64,000 nt of DNA, taken from contig CBFGJT010000004.1 in the NCBI GenBank assembly GCA_965649165.1, positions 15,960-79,959 on the forward strand. Reading direction: 5' to 3'. The position numbers were made by a program, and so were the translations under genes. Source of the stretch: a candidate division WOR-3 bacterium (GTDB taxonomy: Bacteria > Hydrothermota > Tepidihabitantia > Tepidihabitantales > Tepidihabitantaceae). Shown piece by piece: positions 47,497 to 57,072 of this stretch (its first letter is position 1; each line of letters opens with the position of its first letter). The notes beneath the pieces are model-generated. The model made no database searches. It was not told the DNA's origin and was given only the letters and a program-made list of their open reading frames with translations.

Positions 47497-50120
47497 TCCT
47501 GATATGCCTCGAGCTGGCGCAGAATCCGTTCCCGCCGTGATTGAAACTCCTGCCGTCGCCCCTGCTCCTGCTCAATCACCTCCAGCTTCGCCCGCTCAAG
47601 AAAATCAGGGCTGTTCAGACGCCGATCAATCTCATCAATCAGCCGTTCCAATTCCGCTGCCTCCTTCTTCAGTCGTCTCAGCTCCTTCTGAACATCAACA
47701 ATTCCCGCCAGGGGAATAAATGCCTCGCCCTCCCTGAGCACCACCACTGATGAAGCTGCAGGCCGGACCGGACTGAAGCTAAGCTGGGAAACCTTTGCCA
47801 GCTCAGCAACCAGCCCCGCATTTTCAGTCAGAAATTGCCTAAACTGCTCATCACCGGTATTGACCACACATTCCACCTGGCTTTTTGCCGGCACCCGCAT
47901 CTCTGCCCGCACCTGCCGGATTCCGGTTATCAGCTCCTGCAACCGCTCCACCAGCGCCGCCTCTGCCTCATCTCCGGGCAGCGGTCCGGGCCAGCTTGAC
48001 TCCAGAATTGAGCCGGTACCCAGTCCTAACCGGTGCCAGAGTTCCTCAGTGATAAAGGGCATGAACGGATGCAGCAGTTGCAGGGTGCCGCGGAACAGAT
48101 AGTAAAGCACCGCCCTCACCCCCGGCTCACCGGTCCTCAGCCGCGGTTTGGCGAACTCGAGATACCAGTCGCACAGATCATGCCAGAAGAAATCATAGAC
48201 CGCCTGTGCCGCGGCAGCAAAATTGTAGCCGTCAATGCCACGATTCACCCGCTCCAGCGCCTGATTGAACCGGGCGACAATCCAGTGGTCAACTGGTGTC
48301 AGACCGGCTGCTGTCAGTTCCCCCTCAGCCCTGGCGATGTGCGGTGCCACCAGCCGGCAGGCGTTCCAGAGCTTATTGCAGAAATTTCTCCCCAGCTCAA
48401 ACCGCTCATTCCAGAGCCGGTAGCTCTGCGATTGGCTTTCCAGATAGGCGATCGTAAACCGACAGGCATCGGTTCCGTACTGTTCAATGATCTCCAGTGG
48501 ATCGACTCCGATCCCCTTGGACCGGCTCATCCGGGCACCGGTCTTGTCCAGCACGGTTGAATGGATGTAAACATCCCGGAACGGAATCCTGCCGGTGAAG
48601 AAGATGCTGGAGAAAATCATCCGCGCCTCCCACCGGAAAATGATATCCGGATCGGTCGTCAGAAAGTTGGTCGGGAAAAATGTCCGGTAATCAATTGTCT
48701 CCTCAGGCCAACCCATGGTGGCAAAGGGCCAGAGGGCGGAAGAAAACCAGGTGTCGAGCACATCTTCATCCTGACGGAGATTGCTCGAGCCGCACTTCGG
48801 ACAGCGGTCCGGGTCCTGGCGGCTGACGATAATTTCACCGCAGGCGCAGTACCAGACCGGAATCCGATGCCCCCACCAGAGTTGGCGGGAGATGCACCAG
48901 TCCCGGACCCCCCGCATCCATTCCAGATAGACCTTGTTCCAGCGCTCGGGATAAAACCGCACCTTGCCCTGCTCCACTACCCGTATCGCCGGCTCTGCGA
49001 GCGGCTTCATACGGACAAACCACTGCTCACTTGCCAGCGGCTCAATCACCGTCCCGCACCGGTCACAGGTCCCGACCGCATGCTCATAATCCTCAATCTT
49101 CTCAAGCAGCCCCTGCGCCTTCAGATCTTCAACCACCGCCTGCCGGCACTCGGCAACGGTCAGACCGCGGTATTTCTCCGGCACCGCACCAGTCATTCTG
49201 CCATCCTCACCGATCACCTTGATCCGCTCCAGGCCGTGCCGCTCGCCGATCTCAAAGTCTGCCGGGTCATGGGCCGGCGTCACCTTCACCGCTCCGGTGC
49301 CGAAATCCATCTCCACCGCTGCATCGGCAATGAGCGGAATCCGCCGGTCGGTCAGAGGCAGCTCCAGCATCCTGCCCACAAGCGCCTGATAACGCTCATC
49401 GTCGGGGTTAACCGCCACTGCGGTGTCACCGAGCATCGTCTCCGGCCTGGTGGTCGCCACCACTAAAAATCGTTCCGAGTCATCCGCAAACGGATACCGG
49501 ATGTACCAGAGATGGGACCGCTCCGGCACATCCTTCACCTCCAGATCGGAAAGTGCGGTCCGACAGCGGGGGCACCAGTTGACAATCCGCAGTCCGCGAT
49601 AGATCAGCCCGGCTTCGTAATAACGGACAAACGCCTCCCGCACCGCCCGCGCACACACCTCGTCCAGCGTAAACCGAAACCGGGTCCAGTCCAAGAGACA
49701 GCCAAGCCGTCGCAGCTGGCTCACAATCTGATTCCCGTATTTCTCTTTCCATTCCCAGGCCCGCCGGAGAAACCCCTCCCGCCCCAGGTCAAACCGGGTC
49801 TTACCCTCCCGAGCGAGCATCTGCTCCACCTTAACCTGCGTGCCAATTCCGGCATGGTCGGTCCCAGGCAGCCAGAGCGTCTCATAACCTTGCATCTTCT
49901 TTCTCCGAATGATGATATCGGGCAAGGTATTGTCCAGTGCATGACCCATATGAAGTGAACCGGTGACATTGGGTGGCGGAATGACAATTGAAAACTTCGG
50001 CTTGGGCGAATCGGGGTTGGCAATATGATACCCCTTCTCCTCCCAGAACCGGTACCACTTCTCCTCAACCGGCTTGGGGTTATATCGGGGAGGAAAGTCG
50101 CACGAAATCTCAGGTACCAT
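47493..50120 (-). CDS. valS: Valine--tRNA ligase
   Basis: HIGH-type motif …PPPNVTGSLHMGHAL…; KMSKS-type motif …RMSRSKG…; anticodon-binding region and C-terminal coiled-coil tail; 875 aa. Confidence 0.85.
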   Translation of the reverse strand: MVPEISCDFPPRYNPKPVEEKWYRFWEEKGYHIANPDSPKPKFSIVIPPPNVTGSLHMGHALDNTLPDIIIRRKKMQGYETLWLPGTDHAGIGTQVKVEQMLAREGKTRFDLGREGFLRRAWEWKEKYGNQIVSQLRRLGCLLDWTRFRFTLDEVCARAVREAFVRYYEAGLIYRGLRIVNWCPRCRTALSDLEVKDVPERSHLWYIRYPFADDSERFLVVATTRPETMLGDTAVAVNPDDERYQALVGRMLELPLTDRRIPLIADAAVEMDFGTGAVKVTPAHDPADFEIGERHGLERIKVIGEDGRMTGAVPEKYRGLTVAECRQAVVEDLKAQGLLEKIEDYEHAVGTCDRCGTVIEPLASEQWFVRMKPLAEPAIRVVEQGKVRFYPERWNKVYLEWMRGVRDWCISRQLWWGHRIPVWYCACGEIIVSRQDPDRCPKCGSSNLRQDEDVLDTWFSSALWPFATMGWPEETIDYRTFFPTNFLTTDPDIIFRWEARMIFSSIFFTGRIPFRDVYIHSTVLDKTGARMSRSKGIGVDPLEIIEQYGTDACRFTIAYLESQSQSYRLWNERFELGRNFCNKLWNACRLVAPHIARAEGELTAAGLTPVDHWIVARFNQALERVNRGIDGYNFAAAAQAVYDFFWHDLCDWYLEFAKPRLRTGEPGVRAVLYYLFRGTLQLLHPFMPFITEELWHRLGLGTGSILESSWPGPLPGDEAEAALVERLQELITGIRQVRAEMRVPAKSQVECVVNTGDEQFRQFLTENAGLVAELAKVSQLSFSPVRPAASSVVVLREGEAFIPLAGIVDVQKELRRLKKEAAELERLIDEIDRRLNSPDFLERAKLEVIEQEQGRRQEFQSRRERILRQLEAYQE

Positions 50121-50339
50121 ATTATACGTTTATGCATTATAAAAAATTTCCTAAAATGGTCAACAACAATTCTAAAACCGCTACTGGGATGATCACATAC
50201 CCAAATTTGAAATTTGCTTGACAGCAACAGATTGGTTTATATTATAATGTGCGATTAAACGAAAGGAGGTAGAGTCCTCAAACACAAAACAACCTAAACC
50301 AAGAGACAATAAAGATGCTAAAGAAAGGAGGAGAAAAAA

Positions 50340-52032
50340 ATGAGTCGCAACATTTTATCACTCTTGGTTTTATGTACAATCACTTTTGGGGGGCAGGTAG
50401 GGCCGAATTCAAATGTGGCTCAGGTTGCCCCACAGAAACAAGCTTTAGCCCCTACCCTTGAGACCGACCAGATAACGATTCCGGGCATAATCTCTTATCA
50501 AGGTAAGTTGCTTGACAACAGCGGAAACCCGGTACCGGACTCAAACTACTCTATAACCTTCCGCCTTTACACTGTGCCCTCAGGCGGCACTCCCTACTGG
50601 ACGGAAGCCCGGACCATCATGACTCAATCCGGACTTTTTACCTGTCTCCTTGGCGAAGCAACCCCTATCCCCTACATTCCAGCTAATGGTAACTGCTACC
50701 TGGAGATGCAGGTCAACCCCGCAGGACCGCTCAGTCCCAGAATCAGACTGGTCACCAGCCCCTACACCTTTCTTGCCCGCAAAGCCGACAGCGCCCTCTA
50801 CGCGACAAGCGCTACCCCATCAGGAACTGCCGGTGGTGACCTAACTGGCACCTATCCCAACCCGACAATTGCCAATAACGCGGTAAACTCGGCCAAAATT
50901 CAGGACGGACAGGTTACCAGTGCCGACCTTGCCAACAATACCGTGACCTCTGCAAAGATTGCAGACACTAATGTCACCATGCCCCAACTCCCGCGTGCCG
51001 TTGCCACTACGGGCCAGGTGATAAAATGGAACGGCACCCATTGGGCACCAGCAGCAGATGAAGTAGGGACACCAGACAATGCCTGGGTCAGAGGAACTCC
51101 GGATTCGGTGCTTTAAACCATCAATTAACTGGGAATCGCCCCGGGGGAGCAAATAACATACTATATGGCAATAAACGCTACACCCACACCAACTTGGGTA
51201 TCGCCTGCACCACTAAAACTTCAGAAAACAACTATCAGTATGCTACCATTGCGGGCGGCTACGGCAACATTGCAAAAAACGAATCAAGCACAGTTGCCGA
51301 AGGGGCACTCAACAAAGCAAGCAATTATGCTGCTACAGTTGCCGGCGGCGAGGGAGACACCTCGGCAGCTGATTACAGTTTCCACCACCAATTACCGTTC
51401 GATAGTCCGCTTCTCCTGTTCCAACTCTGCCGCTTTCAACGGTTAAACCGTAACTTCATCCAACCAATTACGGTGCGGAACGCTTTCTAAAGCCGGTGGC
51501 TCATTCACCATTGACCATCCGCTTGACCCGTATGGCAAGATTATAAATCACTATTTCATTGAGGGCCCGGAGATGAGAAACATTTACGAAGGAACTGTTA
51601 TCCTTGACGTCACCGGCCGAGCCGAGGTGCCACTGCCGGCCTACTTCTCGGCTTTAAACCGCAACCCGCACATCCTGCTGACCGGGGTAGGAACCTATGG
51701 AAGTCTATGTACTTGAGGATGTGAAGGACAACCGATTCGTTATCGGCGGCAAACCCAACACCAAAGTCTACTGGCAGGTCACCGGTGAGCGGCAGGATGT
51801 CTCTGCTGAGGCAATACGGAGATTGATCTCATTTGAACAGCCCAAGAACGGTAAACTGAGGAGCAGGATGCTGGACGATGAGTTCCTGTCAGGCGTGATG
51901 CTGCAATTGGAGCGTGAGGGTAAAGCCCAAGGTCTTGATTTCCGGACCAATGCTGGCAGAGTACGATTTGAGCAAATGAAACGAAACTTAGAAGTGAAAA
52001 CCGAAGTGCACCATATTAATAAACGAAATTAA
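50340..52032 (+). pseudogene. Secreted tail-fiber / YadA-head-like repeat protein split over at least four reading-frame segments (50340-51116 frame 0, ~51110-51370 frame 2, ~51480-51713 frame 0, 51697-52032 frame 1). It is either a disrupted gene or assembly frameshifts.
   Basis: Signal peptide MSRNILSLLVLCTITFG and repeats …NNAVNSAKIQDGQVTSADLANNTVTSAKIADTNVT…. The same style continues in another frame: …GGANNILYGNKRYTHTNLGIACTTKTSENNYQYATIAGGYGNIAKNESSTVAEGALNKASNYAATVAGGEG…. A strong terminator follows only at 52058. Confidence 0.4.
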
Positions 52033-52057
52033 GCACCGCTGACTAGGGGCATAGTAA

Positions 52058-52097
52058 GGCAGACCGGTATAGGTCATCCGGTCTGCCTTTTATTTTT
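52058..52097. terminator. Bidirectional rho-independent terminator between convergent genes
   Basis: GGCAGACCGG-tataggtcat-CCGGTCTGCC has a 10 bp perfect stem followed by TTTTATTTTT. Confidence 0.7.
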
Positions 52098-52110
52098 AAA
52101 TTTGTGCAAT

Positions 52111-53448
52111 TTACCAGATATGGTCTAAGAGAGTAGTGGTAAGATCTCCCCGGCGAAACTTGGGACTGCAGATAAGTCTCCGATGAAACTCAACAGTAGT
52201 GGCAATTCCTGAAATCATGGTTTCATAGAGCGCTCGCTCCATTCTTCGAATCGCCTCTTCCCTGTCGTTCCCCCACGTGATAAACTTGGCGATCAACGGA
52301 TCGTAATTGGACGGAACCTGATATCCAGAATAAATATAGCTATCAATCCGGACCCAGGCGCCAGCGGGTAAAAAAAGATCGGTAATCACACCTGGTGAGG
52401 GCTGAAAATCATTCTCCGGGTCCTCCGCATAAATCCGGCATTCGAGCGCATGGCCCCAGGGCCAGTTCGGATTTTCATTAACCATCAGCGGGTCGCCACC
52501 AGCGATCTTCAGCTGTTCGCAGACTATGTCCACACCAGTAACCAGTTCGGTAACCGGATGCTCAACCTGCAGCCGAGCGTTCATCTCCATAAAGTAGCAG
52601 TTGCCATTCCGGTCACAGATGAACTCCACAGTCCCGGCATTGAGATAACCGGCTGCCCGGGCTGCCGCCTTTGCCCACTCCGAAAGTCGGACACGGAGCT
52701 CAGCGGTTATTCCGGGTGCCGGACTCTCTTCCAAAAGTTTCTGGTGCCGACGCTGGGCTGAGCAGTCCCGCTCGCCCAAACTGATACAGTTACCTTTTGA
52801 ATCTGACAGAATCTGGACCTCAATGTGCCGAGCATCGGCGAGATACTTTTCCAGATAGAGCCGGCTGTCATCAAAGGAGCGGTGCGCCTCAGCCTGACAC
52901 AAATTCCAGCCGGTTTCCAACTCCGCCTCCTCCCTTATCACCCGCATCCCCTTGCCGCCACCGCCGCCGGCCGCCTTGAGAATCACCGGATAACCAATCT
53001 CCCGGGCAACTCTTGCCGCGTCTCTGACATTATCAAGTGCCCCTTCCGACCCGGGTACCACCGGCACACCAGCAGCCCGCATCCGCGCCCGGGCTGTCAC
53101 CTTGTCACCTAAGAGCCGGATCGTCTCCGGCTTCGGACCGATGAATATCAATCCTGATTCAGTTACTGCCTCGGCAAAATCGGCATTCTCGGAGAGAAAT
53201 CCGTAGCCGGGATGAACCGCATCACATCCTTTCACCAGAGCGGCCGCGATCACCCGCGAGACATTTAGATAGGAAAGCTGGGCAGGCGCGGGACCGATGC
53301 ATACCCGCTCGTCCGCCAGTTTTACCGGCAGCGAATCCTGGTCCGTCTCCGAATAGGCAATCACCGAACTGATTCCCAGATCCCGACACGCACGGATGAT
53401 CCTCAGGGCAATCTCACCCCGGTTGGCAACCAGCACCTTTTTCAGCAT
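52111..53448 (-). CDS. accC: Biotin carboxylase (AccC-type subunit of acetyl-CoA carboxylase or a related biotin-dependent carboxylase)
   Basis: MLKKVLVANRGEIALRIIRACRDLGI…HPGYGFLSENADFA… followed by an ATP-grasp domain; 445 aa. Confidence 0.8.
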   Translation of the reverse strand: MLKKVLVANRGEIALRIIRACRDLGISSVIAYSETDQDSLPVKLADERVCIGPAPAQLSYLNVSRVIAAALVKGCDAVHPGYGFLSENADFAEAVTESGLIFIGPKPETIRLLGDKVTARARMRAAGVPVVPGSEGALDNVRDAARVAREIGYPVILKAAGGGGGKGMRVIREEAELETGWNLCQAEAHRSFDDSRLYLEKYLADARHIEVQILSDSKGNCISLGERDCSAQRRHQKLLEESPAPGITAELRVRLSEWAKAAARAAGYLNAGTVEFICDRNGNCYFMEMNARLQVEHPVTELVTGVDIVCEQLKIAGGDPLMVNENPNWPWGHALECRIYAEDPENDFQPSPGVITDLFLPAGAWVRIDSYIYSGYQVPSNYDPLIAKFITWGNDREEAIRRMERALYETMISGIATTVEFHRRLICSPKFRRGDLTTTLLDHIW

Positions 53449-53481
53449 TATTCATTCAGAATAACGGCTTTGAAACCACTG

Positions 53482-54192
53482 TCAATTACCATCCCGAAAC
53501 CGGACAAGGCGCAGAAGCAGCTGTTCAATTCGGTGCTGATTAAGCAGGTAGCCGGCGGTAAGCAGAACGACCAACAGACCAAAAATCAGCCACTCCCGCA
53601 GCCCGAACCGGATCGCGCTGGCACCAATCCCGCACTCAATGATGTTACTTGGCAGCCGGGCAAGCAAAACCAGCAGGAGAAAAAAGGGCAGGGGGATACG
53701 GGTCAGCCCGGCAAGATAGTAAACCCAGTCGCCGATCGGATTCGGCACCAGCAGAAGGAGAAACAGGTAAAATGTGCCACGTTCAATCACCCGGCGATCA
53801 AACCGTTCCAAAGCCGGTCCGGGCACAAAAACCCTGAGCAGCCTTCTGCCCAGCGCCCGGCTGAGCAGAAAGGCAAGGGTCGCACCGCCCAGCACCCCGA
53901 TCATCAGCCAGACAATCGTGGGCCAGAAACCAAGAGCATAACCGGCAGCAAATGTCAGAAGATTTCCCGGCAGAGGCGCAAGCACAATCTGCAACAGCTG
54001 GAGCAGAATCGTGCCCAGCGGTGCCAAGACACCCCAGGAGTGAACCAGCTGGCGCAGCTTTCCCGGACTGCTGAAAATATAACCCCAGCGCCTCACCACC
54101 AGCACCAGAATCGCAACCACCAGCACCAGCCCGCATATGACAATAATTAAGGTCCGGCGCTGTCTGCTGTCCATCGGTTTAAAATAAAACAT
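53482..54192 (-). CDS. TVP38/TMEM64 (DedA/SNARE-associated) family membrane protein
   Basis: …LQIVLAPLPGNLLTFAAGYALGFW… motif; 236 aa; multi-TM. Confidence 0.55.
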   Translation of the reverse strand: MFYFKPMDSRQRRTLIIVICGLVLVVAILVLVVRRWGYIFSSPGKLRQLVHSWGVLAPLGTILLQLLQIVLAPLPGNLLTFAAGYALGFWPTIVWLMIGVLGGATLAFLLSRALGRRLLRVFVPGPALERFDRRVIERGTFYLFLLLLVPNPIGDWVYYLAGLTRIPLPFFLLLVLLARLPSNIIECGIGASAIRFGLREWLIFGLLVVLLTAGYLLNQHRIEQLLLRLVRFRDGN

Positions 54193-54459
54193 TGCCGGCT
54201 GGAGTCAAGCATCAGGAGCGCCGACCGGAACTCAATCTTTTAGTTAGAGTTATAAAAAATGGGCAAATTCACACCCGTTTTCAGGCTTACACATCCTAAG
54301 CTTAAATTTGTCATGCGGTTATAAAATTTTTAATCCTTATTTTATCCACTCCCCGGGCAGTTCCCACTACCGTAGCGTTTGCTGTAACCTACGGTCTGCC
54401 ACCGACAAATGAGGTGTCAGCGAACGCCGCTTGCTCAGTCCTGAGTCTGGGCTCCGAAA

Positions 54460-54487
54460 TTGACAAACAATTTCTGATGCTTAAAAT
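54460..54487 (+). promoter_or_regulatory. Sigma-70-like promoter for tRNA-Phe
   Basis: TTGACA, a 16 nt spacer, then TAAAAT. The -10 element ends 8 nt before the tRNA 5' end. Confidence 0.45.
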
Positions 54488-54495
54488 TAAGTGCG

Positions 54496-54568
54496 TGCCG
54501 GGATAGCTCAGTTGGTAGAGCACAGGACTGAAAATCCTGGTGTCCACAGTTCGATTCTGTGTCCCGGC
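54496..54568 (+). tRNA. tRNA-Phe (anticodon GAA); CCA not encoded
   Basis: Cloverleaf: acceptor GCCGGGA/UCCCGGC, D-arm AGCUCAGUUGGUAGAGC, anticodon stem CAGGA/UCCUG with loop CUGAAAA, and T-arm GGUUCGAUUCC. Confidence 0.85.
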
Positions 54569-54599
54569 ATTAGTTTTGTTTAACACAAATGGAGGCTGT

Positions 54600-54857
54600 T
54601 TGGCAAAAAGAAGCATTTCGGTTCTGAGACAGGCGAGGAAAAATGAGCGGCGCCGGCAACGCAACCGCACCCGCCGTCTGGTAATGAAGAAGGCGATCAA
54701 AGCGGTGCGTTCTGCCAAGACGAAAGAGGAGGCGCTGAAGGCGTTCATCACCGCTCAGTCGGTAATTGACCGTTCTGCCAAGAACCGCATCATTCACCCG
54801 AATACCGCCAGCCGGCTCAAGTCGCGCCTGATGAAGGCGATCTCATATCTCCGTTAA
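54600..54857 (+). CDS. rpsT: 30S ribosomal protein S20. The start is TTG, 4 nt after GGAGG; the longer ATG ORF from 54540 overlaps the tRNA.
   Basis: …AKRSISVLRQARKNERRRQRNRTRRLVMKKAIKAVR…AQSVIDRSAKNRIIHPNTASRLKSRL… is the bS20 signature; 85 aa. Confidence 0.75.
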   Translation: MAKRSISVLRQARKNERRRQRNRTRRLVMKKAIKAVRSAKTKEEALKAFITAQSVIDRSAKNRIIHPNTASRLKSRLMKAISYLR

Positions 54858-54884
54858 CGGACTCACAGGCGTCCGCACTCCGGC

Positions 54885-56102
54885 TTGCGGCAGGGATGGC
54901 AGATGAAGATATTATACATCGCCACCGCCTACCCGCGCTCGGAACAGGATATCATAACACCTTGGCTCGTGGAAACGGTCCGGCGCCTGCAGGCTGCCGG
55001 TCTGCAGATCACGATGTTCACCTCGGCCTACGCCGGTCTGGGTGATCAGATCATCTTCGGCACACCGGTCAAACGTTTCCGTTACTTTTTTGCCCGCTGG
55101 GAAAGATTGACTCACGACGAGACCGCAATTGACCGGGTGCAGAAAGGCATCCTGAACAAACTGCTCGCGATCTTATATCTTTTGTCCGGCACGATTGCCT
55201 GCTGGCGGCTCTGCCGGAAGGAGAAATTTGATATCATCCATGTCCACTGGCCCCTGCCTCATTTTCTTTTCGGCTGGGCAGGGGCAAAAGCCTGCGGTGC
55301 GCCGATCGTCATCAGCTTTCACGGTGCGGAGCTGATGGCGGTCCGGCACAAATTCAGAATCCTGCGTCCATTTCTCCGCTGGGCGATCAGCCGGGCAGAC
55401 CGGGTAACCGCCAACTCGACTCATACGGTCCGGGCAATCCAGAAAATCTTTAACCGGCAGGTGGATATCATCCCGTTCGGCGCCACGGTGGGCGAACCGG
55501 CACGCCCACCTGAACCCAGTGTCAAAGGTGAAAGACATATTCTTTTTGTCGGCAGGCTGGTGGAGCGCAAGGGTGTTAGGTATCTGATTCAGGCGGCAGC
55601 ACTACTCCGGCAAAAGCAGCCGGTGATCGTTGATATTGTCGGTTCGGGTCCGGAGCTTGCCGCGCTCCAGAAACTGACCGCCGAACTCGGACTGGAGGGA
55701 ACGGTCCGGTTTCACGGCTCAGTACCGCAGGCAAAACTGGAAGAACTGTATGCCCGCTGTGATCTGTTTGTTCTGCCGGCAGTAATTGATGCTAAGGGCG
55801 ACACTGAAGGGCTGGGGGTTGTGCTCATTGAAGCAATGACCTGTAAAAAACCGGTAGTTGCCTCGGCAGTGGGCGGGATCACCGATCTGGTAATTGACGG
55901 CAAAACCGGATTGACGGTGCCGCCCGCGGACCCGGAGGCGCTTGTCCGGGCAATTACCCACCTGCTGGAGGATCCCGAACTTGCCCGTAACCTGGCAGAG
56001 GGCGGCTACAAACACATCCAGCGCAACTACTCCTGGCCTGCGATCATTGACCGACTGCTCAACCTTTATCACCAGCTTCAGCCCGCCGGCCTTGGAAAAT
56101 GA
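54885..56102 (+). CDS. Family-4 (GT-B, group 1) glycosyltransferase
   Basis: …FVGRLVERKGV…EGLGVVLIEAMTCKKPVVASAVGGITDLV… carries the EX7E motif region. Confidence 0.7.
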   Translation: MRQGWQMKILYIATAYPRSEQDIITPWLVETVRRLQAAGLQITMFTSAYAGLGDQIIFGTPVKRFRYFFARWERLTHDETAIDRVQKGILNKLLAILYLLSGTIACWRLCRKEKFDIIHVHWPLPHFLFGWAGAKACGAPIVISFHGAELMAVRHKFRILRPFLRWAISRADRVTANSTHTVRAIQKIFNRQVDIIPFGATVGEPARPPEPSVKGERHILFVGRLVERKGVRYLIQAAALLRQKQPVIVDIVGSGPELAALQKLTAELGLEGTVRFHGSVPQAKLEELYARCDLFVLPAVIDAKGDTEGLGVVLIEAMTCKKPVVASAVGGITDLVIDGKTGLTVPPADPEALVRAITHLLEDPELARNLAEGGYKHIQRNYSWPAIIDRLLNLYHQLQPAGLGK

Positions 56103-57055
56103 ACACCGGCCCAGACCGTCCAAAGAAAAAGCTCAATTGGCTCCGATATACGCTGGGCACGCTCATCGTCGTTATATCATTCTATTTTCTCCTCAGTCGG
56201 CTCATCCGCGACTGGCACCAGATTCCATTTGACCGCATCCGGTTTCAGCCCGGACTCCTGATCCTCTCCTATCTCATACTACTGCTGTTTCATTTCCCGC
56301 TCGGTGCCTGGGGCTGGCAGCTGCTCCTTGCCGGTCTGGGCGCCCGGCTCCCATTTGGACGGGCACTCGCAATTATTACTGTCACTCAGCTGGGGAAATA
56401 TGCACCCGGCAAGGTCTGGTTTACACTCGGCAGAATGTCCTTTGCCCGCCGGGAAGGTGTTCCGGAAGCCAGAAGCCTCGCCAGCGTGGTCATTGAAACC
56501 GGTTTTCTGCTGCTCGCGGCAGTATTCCTGTTTGCCTTTGCCATCCTGCTTCTTCCCCGCACCATCGTCCCCCACACCATTTATTACTCATTTCTCCTCG
56601 CTCCTCTTACTCTGCTGGTCACCTATCCCCCGATTCTCAACCGCATTCTCAAACCACTGCTCCGACTGTTCCAACAGCCACTCTTTGAACTACGACTTTC
56701 CTACCCCGGGTTACTGCTTATTCTTGGCGTCTATGTCCTGGACTGGCTGGTTCAGGGGCTGGGCTGTTTTGTACTCTTCAACTCCTTTTATCCCCTGCCC
56801 ATTTCCCGGCTGCCGATTCTGCTCGGCGGGTACGCCATCTCTTGGATTCTTGGGTTTATCATCCTGATTGCCCCGGCCGGACTCGGTATCCGCGAAGGCA
56901 TCTATACTTACATACTTAAACTGATAATGCCGGAAACAGTTGCTATCATATCAGCGTTGATCACTAGAGTCTGGATGAGCACCGCCGAACTGACAATGGC
57001 ACTTCTCTGTCTGCCGGTTCTGAGCCGCAGACTGAAGGATGATAAAAACGGATAA
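56099..57055 (+). CDS. Flippase-like membrane protein, LPG-synthase-TM / UPF0104 family
   Basis: 318 aa with about 8 TM helices and the pattern …TQLGKYAPGKVWFTLGRM…. Its start overlaps the GT4 stop. Confidence 0.45.
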   Translation: MNTGPDRPKKKLNWLRYTLGTLIVVISFYFLLSRLIRDWHQIPFDRIRFQPGLLILSYLILLLFHFPLGAWGWQLLLAGLGARLPFGRALAIITVTQLGKYAPGKVWFTLGRMSFARREGVPEARSLASVVIETGFLLLAAVFLFAFAILLLPRTIVPHTIYYSFLLAPLTLLVTYPPILNRILKPLLRLFQQPLFELRLSYPGLLLILGVYVLDWLVQGLGCFVLFNSFYPLPISRLPILLGGYAISWILGFIILIAPAGLGIREGIYTYILKLIMPETVAIISALITRVWMSTAELTMALLCLPVLSRRLKDDKNG

Positions 57056-57072
57056 ACTCCGGAGGTAATAAA

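Noticed and set aside
54360-54450. Hairpin-forming inverted repeats (CCGTAG…CTACGG) in the 300 nt AT-rich region upstream of tRNA-Phe; possible ncRNA
   Set aside because: It is too short and ungapped to assign to any known RNA family by eye. It is more simply explained as promoter-proximal or terminator-like structure, and it was not promoted without covariance evidence.
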